A stretch of DNA of 64,000 nucleotides from Myxococcales bacterium (GTDB lineage Bacteria; Myxococcota_A; UBA9042; JABWCM01; BTVJ01), in the NCBI GenBank assembly GCA_045863395.1, contig BTVJ01000022.1:1-64000 (forward strand), in the 5' to 3' direction. A program made the position numbers and the translations under genes. Of the stretch, positions 1-11,834 are shown in pieces (positions within the stretch are counted from its first letter, which is position 1; the number at the start of each line of letters is the position of its first letter). Below the pieces are notes generated by a model that ran no database searches, had not been told where the DNA came from, and worked only from the letters and a program-made list of their open reading frames with translations.

Positions 1-3321
<3,321 letters not shown>

Positions 3322-3505
3322 GGCTTCGAGTCCCTCCAGCAGGCCAGCGTTCGCCTCGCCCCGGGGGCGGGCGCACAAGGCGCCGATCCGCTGCGCACGG
3401 GCGGCCCCCGGGAGCAACTCAGCGGACGCCCGGCTCCTCGGAGGAGCGGGGCTGTGTGCTTGAACGCGGCACTCCGAGAGTAGGACAGATCGCCGAGTGG
3501 CTGCA

Positions 3506-3532
3506 AGGGGCCCCTCACCGAGCGGGGCCCCT
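3506..3532 (-). terminator. Possible terminator or stabilising hairpin after the dikinase-like gene
   Basis: AGGGGCCCC-9 nt-GGGGCCCCT inverted repeat 3 nt past the stop at 3536; no good U-tract. Confidence 0.3.
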
Positions 3533-3535
3533 CCC

Positions 3536-6500
3536 CTACTCGACGTCGATCAGGGACCCGTCGGGCGCGATGAGCCGGATGGTCCCCATGCCCCAGTCGG
3601 CGCGGAAGAGGATGGCGCGAATCCCTGCCCCGTCCAGCTCTTGCAGGGTCGCGGAGGAGACTCCCGTGTCGAGGCGTGGCTCGAAGAGGAACCACTCCGA
3701 GAAGTTGTGGTGCTCCGGCCGGTAGGTCTGGGCGTACCAGTTGGAGAGCACGAGGGGCTCCGCGGTGAGGCCCGAGATGGTGGTCCCTACCCACCGGATC
3801 AGCGGCGCCGTGTATCCCGCGACAATGCCGGTCGGCGGGTGGGGCCAGTGGAACTGCGTGGTGATGGTGACCCCACCGTCCGTCTGGGTGCGGGTCTGCA
3901 CCTCGGGGGCAGCGTCGGCCTCCGTCGGGCACGGCACCAGGGACACGGACTCGGTGGTGACCCAGTCCATCTGGCCATCCCAGTTCAGGAAGGGGACCGG
4001 CGCCGGGTGGGTGATCTCCAGGGTCCACCACAGGTCGGAGAGCAGCGTGACCGGGCCCTGGACGCCCTCCGTGGACGGGAACAAGGCGTGCACGCGCCAC
4101 GTACCGTCGCCCGCGGCCATGCCGACCTGGAAGGTCGTGACCAGCGTGTCGCCGTCCCATTCGGTCTTGGAGTCGGACCAGTCCGCGGGCGCCCCCATCA
4201 GGTTGCCGAGCAGGCCGTCGTCGACCCAGGTGACGTCCGCCGAGGCCGCGACGGGCGAGGGGGCCACCGCGTCGACGGAGCCGGAGGCCGCGATCAGGTC
4301 CCACTTCGACTTCAGCCGGTGGTTGGCGAACACGTCGCCGTACTCACCCTGGAAGGTGCACAGAGACGCCGACTCGCCGACCAGGATGCGCTCGCCCGTC
4401 GCGCCGCTCGGCACCGCCACCGCGCGCACCTGCTTGATCTGCAGGGGCTTCGCGGCACCGGCCACCTTCTTGTACTCCAGGTCGAGCAGGCGCGGCCCCT
4501 GCCCCGGGTGGACCTTCACCCAGGTGTCTCGGACCTTGTCGATGAGGCGGGCGAGCTCGACGTAGTCCTGCTCCCAGGTCATCACCGTGGCGCCCAGCGG
4601 CACGAGGGTCGAGCCCGTGTTGAAGGTGAGCCAGATCTCGTCGCTCCACGAGGAGTAGCCGGCGTAGACCACCTCGGGCAGCGCGCCCCCCTCCGGGTTG
4701 GTGACCGACACCGCGCCCTTCTGGGTGACCAGGGTCGCCTGGTCGTACCCGCTGTCCGTGCGCAGCGTCGCCACGCCGTTTGCCAGCTCGATCTCGTCCG
4801 GGTAGCTGTGGTGGACCAGCAGCGCCATGCCGACGGTCGCCTCGTCCACCTGGCGCCGGCGCCGCTCCAGGAACGCGTTGTCGTTCCAGAAGCTCGCGTA
4901 CACCTTGCGGATGGCCCGCAGCACGCCCCGCTCCTTGGGCTCGCCGGGGTCGCAGAGGCTCGGCCCCACCGCGTCGCCGTCCAGGTCGTCGGCGAGGCAG
5001 CCGCTGTAGCTGTCGTAGAGGCCGGCGCCAGTGAAGGTGTCGCTGTCCTCCACGTTGGTCGAGCTGCGAAACCGGATCTTGACCGCGGCGTCGAAGGGCG
5101 CCAGCGCGGCGATGATCGCCCCCTCCTGCCCCTGCGTGAAGGCGCCGCCCTCCACCAGGGCGCGCACCTCTGCGAGCACCGCCTTGGCCGCCGCCACGTC
5201 CGCGGGCCACCCGATGGAGCCGACCTTGTCCGCGATGAGCTGGCGCAGGGTCTTGCCACCCGCCGGCTGGTCCAGGAAGGCGTCGAACAGGTCGAAGGAC
5301 AGCGCGATGGCGGAGGGCGAGTTGTCGGGGATCGCCGCCCGCAGCACCGCGAAGTTGGTCGCCTTGCCGCCGAAGTACTGGATGTCCGAGGGGACGAGGT
5401 CCTTCGTGTCCTTGGCGACGGCGCCGAGCGGCTTCTTGGGGGTCAGCTCCAGGGGTGGAATCTCCTTGAGCGCGAGGAGCTCCTGCCAGGTCGCCTCATC
5501 CAGAGTGTCGAGGTCCACGACGTCCACCGCGCACGTGTTCGACCACCCCACGGTGCGCGTGCGGACCAGGACGCGCCGCCCGACGAGGGCTTCTGCGGCC
5601 GCCTTCGACGCGGCCAGCGCCAGGTGCACGAACGGGACGCCGAAGTTACCCGCCAGGATCGCCACGTGGGAGTTGGGCGTCGACGGGCTCAGCGACACGA
5701 TGCCCGCCACGTAGGGGACCTCCGCGGGCACCCCGTCGGTGAGCAAGATGTCCGTCGGAAGGAGCGTGCCCGCCGCGTAGGCGGCGTCGATCTCCCCCCC
5801 CTCCACGAAGCGCAGCGTCCCCACGGCCCAGCCCGCCGCGTAGCAGGAGTCACCTTGGGCCCAGCGCGCGGCGTCGCTGACGGGGATCCCCTGCGCAGAG
5901 AGCCACTCGGCATCCGCCGCCGCCTGCCCCTTCTGCTCGTAGGTCGGGAAGTAGAAGGCCTCGACGGGTCCGCTCGCCTTCACCGCGTCGCGCACCAGCT
6001 CGAAGACCACCCGGACCATCTCCCGGTGGTACGGGTCCTTTCGCACGAGCTGGATGCCCAGCTCCTGGGGTCCGTCCGAGGTCGGCGGCATCAGGACCGC
6101 GCCCAGGATCGCCTCCTGCCCCAGTTCGTACAGGCTCACCGCGTCGAAGGCCCCCAGGCTCATGCCCTTGAACGGGTCCAGCCGCTCGACGGCGAACGGC
6201 GAGTGGAACGGGTAGGCGTTGCTGTCCTGGAAGTAGACCTTGGTCGGGTCACCCATGAGCACCGTGAACTTCACCCACCGCGGCTCCACGCCGTAGGCCC
6301 CGGAGCTCCAGTGCACGAAGGGCTCGGCCAGCGAATACTCGATGGTGTTCTTCCAGCTCGCGTGCGGCGTGATGGCGATGGGGCCGGTCTCGACGGGCCA
6401 CTGCCACTCGCCGGTGTCCGGGGCGTCCGCGGCGTCGTGGGGGGTGCCGTCGCCTTGGGTGTCGCCCTGGGTGTCACCTTGGGTGTCGGTCGGGCCGCCG

Positions 6501-6718
6501 TCTCCGTGCCCCGTGTCTCCTTGGGAGTCACCCGGGGCGTCGCCCAGGCTCGCGTCACTGACGTCCCCCGGCGCCACGCCGTCGCCGGGCCCAGCAGCGT
6601 CGTCGACGGTGTCCCAGGAGCCCGTGTCGTCCGCGTTGGCCCCCGCGCCTCCGTCGTCTCCACAACCGGAGGTCACGAGCAGCGCTGCGAGCAGCGATAG
6701 TCCCTTCCATCTCTGCAT
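3536..6718 (-). CDS. Lipoprotein with PEP-utiliser phospho-His (swivel) domain and PPDK/PEP-synthase-type ATP-grasp domain, ~1060 aa
   Basis: ATG 6718 after AGGAGG; lipobox LVTSG-C; Asp/Gly/Thr linker; STPNSHVAILA (His-domain motif); FGGKATN, IRFRSSTNVED...FTGAGLYDS and AIRKVYASFWN (PPDK_N motifs). Confidence 0.85.
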   Translation of the reverse strand: MQRWKGLSLLAALLVTSGCGDDGGAGANADDTGSWDTVDDAAGPGDGVAPGDVSDASLGDAPGDSQGDTGHGDGGPTDTQGDTQGDTQGDGTPHDAADAPDTGEWQWPVETGPIAITPHASWKNTIEYSLAEPFVHWSSGAYGVEPRWVKFTVLMGDPTKVYFQDSNAYPFHSPFAVERLDPFKGMSLGAFDAVSLYELGQEAILGAVLMPPTSDGPQELGIQLVRKDPYHREMVRVVFELVRDAVKASGPVEAFYFPTYEQKGQAAADAEWLSAQGIPVSDAARWAQGDSCYAAGWAVGTLRFVEGGEIDAAYAAGTLLPTDILLTDGVPAEVPYVAGIVSLSPSTPNSHVAILAGNFGVPFVHLALAASKAAAEALVGRRVLVRTRTVGWSNTCAVDVVDLDTLDEATWQELLALKEIPPLELTPKKPLGAVAKDTKDLVPSDIQYFGGKATNFAVLRAAIPDNSPSAIALSFDLFDAFLDQPAGGKTLRQLIADKVGSIGWPADVAAAKAVLAEVRALVEGGAFTQGQEGAIIAALAPFDAAVKIRFRSSTNVEDSDTFTGAGLYDSYSGCLADDLDGDAVGPSLCDPGEPKERGVLRAIRKVYASFWNDNAFLERRRRQVDEATVGMALLVHHSYPDEIELANGVATLRTDSGYDQATLVTQKGAVSVTNPEGGALPEVVYAGYSSWSDEIWLTFNTGSTLVPLGATVMTWEQDYVELARLIDKVRDTWVKVHPGQGPRLLDLEYKKVAGAAKPLQIKQVRAVAVPSGATGERILVGESASLCTFQGEYGDVFANHRLKSKWDLIAASGSVDAVAPSPVAASADVTWVDDGLLGNLMGAPADWSDSKTEWDGDTLVTTFQVGMAAGDGTWRVHALFPSTEGVQGPVTLLSDLWWTLEITHPAPVPFLNWDGQMDWVTTESVSLVPCPTEADAAPEVQTRTQTDGGVTITTQFHWPHPPTGIVAGYTAPLIRWVGTTISGLTAEPLVLSNWYAQTYRPEHHNFSEWFLFEPRLDTGVSSATLQELDGAGIRAILFRADWGMGTIRLIAPDGSLIDVE

Positions 6719-6784
6719 GAGGTGCCTCCTCGGTCTCGCTCCACGTCCAGGGGTAGCGCCTGGCGCTCGACCCGTAGGCCGGAA

Positions 6785-6800
6785 AGCAACGGCCGTGCCA
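6785..6800 (-). promoter_or_regulatory. Sigma-54 (-24/-12) promoter
   Basis: Minus strand reads TGGCACGGCCGTTGCT, matching the TGGCACGRNNNTTGCW consensus with GG-N10-GC spacing, ~65 nt upstream of ATG 6718. Confidence 0.8.
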
Positions 6801-6885
6801 TCGCCCCTCCTGCGGTCGCCTGACGCCACGCGGGCACACCGCGGCAATACGCTCACGTCGCGCACCGCTCCCCAAATTCTCACAA

Positions 6886-6902
6886 TGTCGGGTTTCGCAA
6901 CA
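6886..6902. promoter_or_regulatory. Candidate enhancer-binding-protein upstream activator site
   Basis: TGT-N11-ACA (TGTCGGGTTTCGCAACA) in an AT-richer patch ~90-100 bp upstream of the sigma-54 box. Confidence 0.35.
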
Positions 6903-7035
6903 CTCAGGAGGAGACTCCGCCCCCACCCGATGGGGGCGAGGGGCACCGCACGGTCCAGGGCGTTCGGTCTGGGGAGACCCCTGGCGGATCATCGCCGCTC
7001 GACGTTGCCGTCGAGGCATCGCGGCTGCGCCACTC

Positions 7036-7299
7036 TCACGCCACCCGCCTCGCCGCCCCCCCCATCAGCGTGAGGCGCACGCGGCTGCCGCCCTCGTAGG
7101 CGCGGCACCCGTAGCTCCAGTCCGCTGCGTACAGCAGCTCCTGGACCCCGGTGACGGGCTCACGTGAGTCGTGAGGCGCGGCGCCGCGGAGGAAGACGTC
7201 TCGCGCACCGGGGTCCTCGAAGACCACCAGGTAGTGCTCTTCGCGACTGGATGCCGTGAGGGTCTGGAGGACGAAGCTGCGCGTCGGGACCGAGGCCAT
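7036..7299 (-). CDS. Small hypothetical protein, ~87 aa
   Basis: ATG 7299 with GGAG RBS; normal-looking composition (MASVPTRSFVLQTLTASSREEHYLVVFED...); fills the gap between co-oriented genes. Confidence 0.55.
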   Translation of the reverse strand: MASVPTRSFVLQTLTASSREEHYLVVFEDPGARDVFLRGAAPHDSREPVTGVQELLYAADWSYGCRAYEGGSRVRLTLMGGAARRVA

Positions 7300-7378
7300 G
7301 GCCACTCCGTGCGGGGCAAGGGCACCCTAGCACCGCGGATCTGGGGTGTCCAGGGGGGGCGGACGCGGCACGGCGAGG

Positions 7379-7467
7379 GGGCGTCCCGGGCGCGCGCGGG
7401 GCTACGTCACGGACGGTGACGCCCTCGCCGCGTGGATGCGGGCGTCCCGGGCGCGCGCGGGGCTACG
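7379..7467. repeat. 28-bp perfect direct repeat, two copies
   Basis: GGGCGTCCCGGGCGCGCGCGGGGCTACG at 7379-7406 and 7440-7467; the second copy contains the stop codon of the 7463-8080 gene. Confidence 0.85.
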
Positions 7468-8080
7468 GACGCCAGCGCGCTACGAGCCACACCCCGAGGG
7501 CGCCCGCGGCCACCAGCACGCTCACGAGGGTGATGGGCGGGAGGCCGCCGTGCCAGGTGCCGGGCGTGAGCCACTTGGGGGCGCCGATCAGGGTGGCGTG
7601 GGCCGCAGCGAGGGCCAGGACCAGGACGCGCACGCGGGCCCAGGCGCCGGGGCGGTGGCCCTGCCAGACGAGGGCGATGGTCGCCACGACGCCGGTCGCC
7701 ATGGCCAGCTCGCCGCGGCCCGTCAGGCGGCCGGCGTCGAAGAGGTCGGGGAAGAGCGTGGGGCCGAGCAACAGGAGGCTCGCCAGGGCGTGGCCCGCGG
7801 TCAATGCGCCGCCGGCCCGGGCGAGGGCTCCGCGGTCCAGGCGTCGCAGCGCCGCTGATCGTCCCTGGAGGGGGCCGACCACCAGCGCGGCTGCCAGGAG
7901 CGCCACCCCGGACAACGCCGCCGCCTTGTTCGCGACGTAGAGGGGGACGCCGGCCCAGGTCACGGGGCCGAGGCCGACGTACCGCACGAGCGCATAGGCG
8001 AGCGCGAGCACCACGGCGGCCACGACGACGCGCACCGAGGCGGCGTGAGCGGGCGTGGGGCTGGGCCTCTCGGACGACAC
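7463..8080 (-). CDS. STEAP/ferric-reductase-like transmembrane protein (membrane domain only)
   Basis: About six hydrophobic segments; VPLYVANKAAALSG resembles the STEAP NK helix motif; His residues in TM segments (TAGHALASL, AAAHATLIG) are candidate heme ligands. Start uncertain (GTG 8080 chosen). Confidence 0.6.
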   Translation of the reverse strand: MSSERPSPTPAHAASVRVVVAAVVLALAYALVRYVGLGPVTWAGVPLYVANKAAALSGVALLAAALVVGPLQGRSAALRRLDRGALARAGGALTAGHALASLLLLGPTLFPDLFDAGRLTGRGELAMATGVVATIALVWQGHRPGAWARVRVLVLALAAAHATLIGAPKWLTPGTWHGGLPPITLVSVLVAAGALGVWLVARWRP

Positions 8081-8223
8081 GCCCCGCTGTATACCCGAGC
8101 GCCCGGCGGCTGGCCAGCGCGGCTGACCGCGACGACGACCCCTACCCGAGGCGGAGGACACCGGACGCCACCGAAGTGCTCGCCGTCCACGCCACCCGTG
8201 TCACCGCCCCCGGCGCCTGCCGC

Positions 8224-8251
8224 TTGCCCGCACCAGGGGGCGCGGTATGAT
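8224..8251 (+). promoter_or_regulatory. Candidate sigma-70 promoter for the thiolase
   Basis: TTGCCC-16 nt-TATGAT, ~40 nt upstream of ATG 8291. Confidence 0.4.
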
Positions 8252-8290
8252 GCGCTCCTGCCGCGTTGGACGCGGCCAAGGAGGACCCCC

Positions 8291-9499
8291 ATGAAGACGC
8301 TGTATCTCGCCCGCTTCGCGCAGAGCCCCTTCGGCAAGCTCGGCAACACCCCCATCGAGACGCTGATCCGCGAGGCCGGCAGCACCGGGCTCGATGACGT
8401 GGACCGCACCAAGGTGGACCACGTCGCGGTGGCGGGGCTCCTCGCGCCCATCCTGAGCAACCAGTCGCTGCTCGCAGGCATGGTCGCCATGGACCCGGCC
8501 TACACGAACAAGAGCATCCGGGGCGTCGGCAACGCCTGCGACTCCGGCGGCCTGGCGGTGCTGGACTGCGCGGCACAGATCCTGGCGGGCCTCGCCCACG
8601 TGGGCCTGGCGGTCGGCATCGAGAAGATGCACCCGCTGGAGGGCAAGCTCGACTCGGACCTGGTCGGCAAGGCGCTCGGCAGCGCGGCGCACCCCGATGA
8701 TCTCTTTCCGCCCCTGACGTTTCCCCACGCCTTCGCCGTGATCATGGACCGCTACATGAAGACCTACGGCTGGACGGAGGAGGACTTCGCCGTCATCCCG
8801 CCGCTGTTCTACGACAACGCGTCCCACAACCCGCTGGCGCACATGCACGCCTTCGTCCACGCCAAGGGGCCGGTGACGCGGCAGAAGGTGCTGGAGAGCC
8901 ACCGCCTGTTCCAGGACCCGCCCCTCCCGCTGAAGCTCTACGAGTGCTCGCAGATCTCCGACGGGTGGGCGCGCATCTTCGTCTGCGACGAGGAGGGGCT
9001 CCGGCGCCTCGGTGTCCCCAAGTCCCAGGCGACGGTGCTCGCCGGCTTCGGTCAGGCGACCGATAGCCTGGCCATCGCCTCGCGGGGCGACAAGCTCCTG
9101 GAGCCCGTCGGCGCGCGCAAGGCGTTCACGGACGCCATGGGCATGGCGGGGGCGACCACGAAGGACGTCTCCCTCCAGGAGGTCCACGACTGCTTCTCGG
9201 TCATGGGGCCGCTCTCCATGGAGATCACGGGCTTCGCCGACGCCGGCCAGGGCCTGCGCTGGTTCCTCGACGGTCACGCGGCGCGGGACGGCAAGTGCCC
9301 GGTCAACACGTCGGGCGGCCTCATCGCCAAGGGGCACCCCATCAGCGCGACGGGCGTCGCCATGGTCGGCTGGATCCACCAGCAGCTCCTGGGGACGGTG
9401 CCCACCCCGCTCCAGGTCGCCGCGCCCAAGCTCGGCACCACGCTGAACATCGGCGGGCCCATCTGCAGCACCGTGGTCACCGTCCAGCGCCAGGCCTGA
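8291..9499 (+). CDS. Thiolase family protein (SCP2/SCPx-type), 402 aa
   Basis: AAGGAGG RBS; NACDSGG nucleophile Cys, AVGIEKM, CSQISDG, EVHDCFS and VNTSGGLIAKGHPISATG motifs. Confidence 0.9.
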   Translation: MKTLYLARFAQSPFGKLGNTPIETLIREAGSTGLDDVDRTKVDHVAVAGLLAPILSNQSLLAGMVAMDPAYTNKSIRGVGNACDSGGLAVLDCAAQILAGLAHVGLAVGIEKMHPLEGKLDSDLVGKALGSAAHPDDLFPPLTFPHAFAVIMDRYMKTYGWTEEDFAVIPPLFYDNASHNPLAHMHAFVHAKGPVTRQKVLESHRLFQDPPLPLKLYECSQISDGWARIFVCDEEGLRRLGVPKSQATVLAGFGQATDSLAIASRGDKLLEPVGARKAFTDAMGMAGATTKDVSLQEVHDCFSVMGPLSMEITGFADAGQGLRWFLDGHAARDGKCPVNTSGGLIAKGHPISATGVAMVGWIHQQLLGTVPTPLQVAAPKLGTTLNIGGPICSTVVTVQRQA

Positions 9500-9671
9500 C
9501 ACCCGCCCGCCGGGGACTCCCGCGCCAATCCCACCTCCCACCCTCGTTACGGTCGCCCTCACAGGGGGAGGAATAAACAGGCTTGTGTTCGGCACAATCG
9601 TGCCCATACTCTCAAGCAACTGCCCGTAACCGGCGCCGCGCGCGCCGCGAACGCAACGAGGAGCCATCGTC

Positions 9672-11648
9672 ATGAAGCGTCTCCTGCTGTGTGCCGCACT
9701 TGCCGCCACGACCCTCGGCGCCACCACCGCGCAGGCCTCCGAGCCCTCGCTCGGCGCCATCGCGAGCGCCCACGGCCTCTTCCTCTCCGGGGAGACCGGC
9801 ATGACCGCGCTGCCCGGCGGCACGCTCTACGACGTCCGCTTCCTCGCAGAGTACAGCGCCATGGCAGCGACCTCCTCGGTGGCCTGGTACACGCCCGGCG
9901 CCCCCGGCAGCCAGGTCGTGGTCTTCACGGGGCCCGAGATGCCCGGCGGCACGGTCAAGGTGACGGCCCCGGCGGCAGGCCTCGGCTTCGCGCTCCAACC
10001 GGGCTGGTACCCGGGCACCTGGTGGTACAGCGAGCCCTGGCACAACGGCGACGGCTTCGATCACGTCGTCATCTTCAAGACCCAGACCGCGGGACAGTTC
10101 CTGGTCGGGTACGAGGACCTGGTCAACGGCGGCGACAAGGACTATCAGGACCAGGTACTGCTCGTCACGACGCTCTGCGGCGACAAGGACGGCGACAAGG
10201 TGTGCGACGGGCAGGACAACTGCCCGAACACGCCGAATTCGGGCCAGAAGGACTCGGACAGCGACGGAAACGGGGACGCCTGCGACGCCTGCCCGCTCGA
10301 CCCAGCCAACGACGCCGATGGCGACGGCCTCTGCGCCAACGTGGACCCCTGCCCGCTCGACCCCGCCAACGACGCCGACGGCGACGGCCTCTGCGCCAAC
10401 GTGGACCCCTGCCCGCTCGACCCCGCCAACGACGCCGACGGCGACGGCCTCTGCGCCAACGTGGACCCCTGCCCCACGGACCCGAGCAACGACATCGACG
10501 GCGATGGGCTCTGTGCCGACGCGGACCCGTGCCCCTTCGACGCGGGCAACGACGCCGACGGCGACGGCTCCTGCGGTGACAACGACCTCTGCCCCAACGA
10601 CCCCGACAACGACGCCGATGGGGACATGCTCTGCGCAGACGCGGACCCGTGCCCCCTCGACCCGGACAACGACATCGACGGGGACGGGCTGTGCGGGAAC
10701 GTTGACCCCTGCCCCTTCGACCCGGACAACGACGCCGACGGTGACGGCGCGTGCGCCGACAACGACCTCTGCCCCAACGACCCGGACAACGACATCGACG
10801 GGGACATGATCTGCGGAGACGAGGACCCGTGCCCGACGGACCCGACCAACGACGCGGACGGTGACGGGGTGTGCGGCGCTCCCGAGCCGCCCGCCTGCAC
10901 CGTGGCCTTCACCTGGTCGTCCTTCATCGCGACTGCGTCGGAGGAGTACGGCTCCGAGAGCGACGTGGCGCGCTACGACACGCGGGCGGGCAGCGTGGAC
11001 TTCGCCTTCAACGGCGGGCACGGCTTCGACGGCGTCTGGACGGACAAGCCCTTCGACGCGGCGATCCTGACGCTGCGTAACGGCATCACCATGATCCTTG
11101 AGCAGTGGCAGCTCAACCGGCGGTGGCCGGCCACCGTCGGCTGCGAGGACTTCTCCCTGTGGCCACGCTGCTGGATCTTCGCCCCCGAGGACTCCGTGGA
11201 CGACGTGCTGTCCGCCGAGGTGCCGACCTACGCGGGCAGCTCCAACGATAAGCACGACAGCGTGGGCGACCGGGTCACGGTGTCCGGCGAGCTGCTCATC
11301 GACTACGCCGGTGGCGACGCGGCCACGGACAACTCCCACCAGACCTTCATCGTGACCTGGTACGCGCCCCACGGGCTCGATCAGACGCTCTTGCACCTGC
11401 GGGGACGCTACGACCACGACCTCAACGGGCTGACCCCCGCGGACGCCATGGTGCCCCTGTTCCGCCGCAACTTCCCGTGGGACGATGACCTGCACGACGA
11501 CGCGGTGCAGATCCTGGAGGAGACCGAAACGACCCTGACCGTGACGGTCAACGTCCAGGCCGCGCTGGACGCCATCTGCCCGGCGTACCTGCCGTCCCCC
11601 CCGCCGGTCGTGGTCACCCCGCCGGCCACCACCCCCCGCAGGCCCTGA
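9672..11648 (+). CDS. Secreted thrombospondin type-3 repeat protein with DUF4114-like N-domain and unknown C-domain, 658 aa
   Basis: Signal peptide MKRLLLCAALAATTLGATTAQA; GYEDLVNGGDKDYQD motif; a run of DxDGDGxCxxxDxCPxDPxN repeats; Pro-rich tail. Confidence 0.85.
   Translation: MKRLLLCAALAATTLGATTAQASEPSLGAIASAHGLFLSGETGMTALPGGTLYDVRFLAEYSAMAATSSVAWYTPGAPGSQVVVFTGPEMPGGTVKVTAPAAGLGFALQPGWYPGTWWYSEPWHNGDGFDHVVIFKTQTAGQFLVGYEDLVNGGDKDYQDQVLLVTTLCGDKDGDKVCDGQDNCPNTPNSGQKDSDSDGNGDACDACPLDPANDADGDGLCANVDPCPLDPANDADGDGLCANVDPCPLDPANDADGDGLCANVDPCPTDPSNDIDGDGLCADADPCPFDAGNDADGDGSCGDNDLCPNDPDNDADGDMLCADADPCPLDPDNDIDGDGLCGNVDPCPFDPDNDADGDGACADNDLCPNDPDNDIDGDMICGDEDPCPTDPTNDADGDGVCGAPEPPACTVAFTWSSFIATASEEYGSESDVARYDTRAGSVDFAFNGGHGFDGVWTDKPFDAAILTLRNGITMILEQWQLNRRWPATVGCEDFSLWPRCWIFAPEDSVDDVLSAEVPTYAGSSNDKHDSVGDRVTVSGELLIDYAGGDAATDNSHQTFIVTWYAPHGLDQTLLHLRGRYDHDLNGLTPADAMVPLFRRNFPWDDDLHDDAVQILEETETTLTVTVNVQAALDAICPAYLPSPPPVVVTPPATTPRRP
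10290..10880 (+). repeat. 60-bp tandem coding repeats (TSP3)
   Basis: First three units almost identical (CTGCCCGCTCGACCCCGCCAACGACGCCGACGGCGACGGCCTCTGCGCCAACGTGGACCC), followed by diverged 60-bp units. Confidence 0.85.
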
Positions 11649-11834
11649 CCCTCGGCCTCGGCCGCCACGCCCCGCAGGCCCTGAGCTGGCGGAGCGCCGC
11701 GGCCGCAGGCTCACCCCAGTCTCCCCCAGGCTCCCGCTCGGCCTCCGTGCTTTGGCGCAGCCGGGCGTCCTCCGACGCGCGCAAGAGTCCCTCAGCAGGC
11801 TGGTGCCCGCACCGTCTAAGGTGTGGGGAGCGGC

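Noticed and set aside
3497..6700. 1067-aa plus-strand ORF
   Set aside because: Antisense to the dikinase-like lipoprotein; no recognisable features.
9590..9604. GGCACAATCGTGC as a sigma-54 promoter
   Set aside because: Spacing is 9 nt; kept only as a possible palindromic operator.
10290..10480. Regular 60-bp repeats as a possible CRISPR array
   Set aside because: No unique spacers; in-frame coding repeats; no cas genes in the window.
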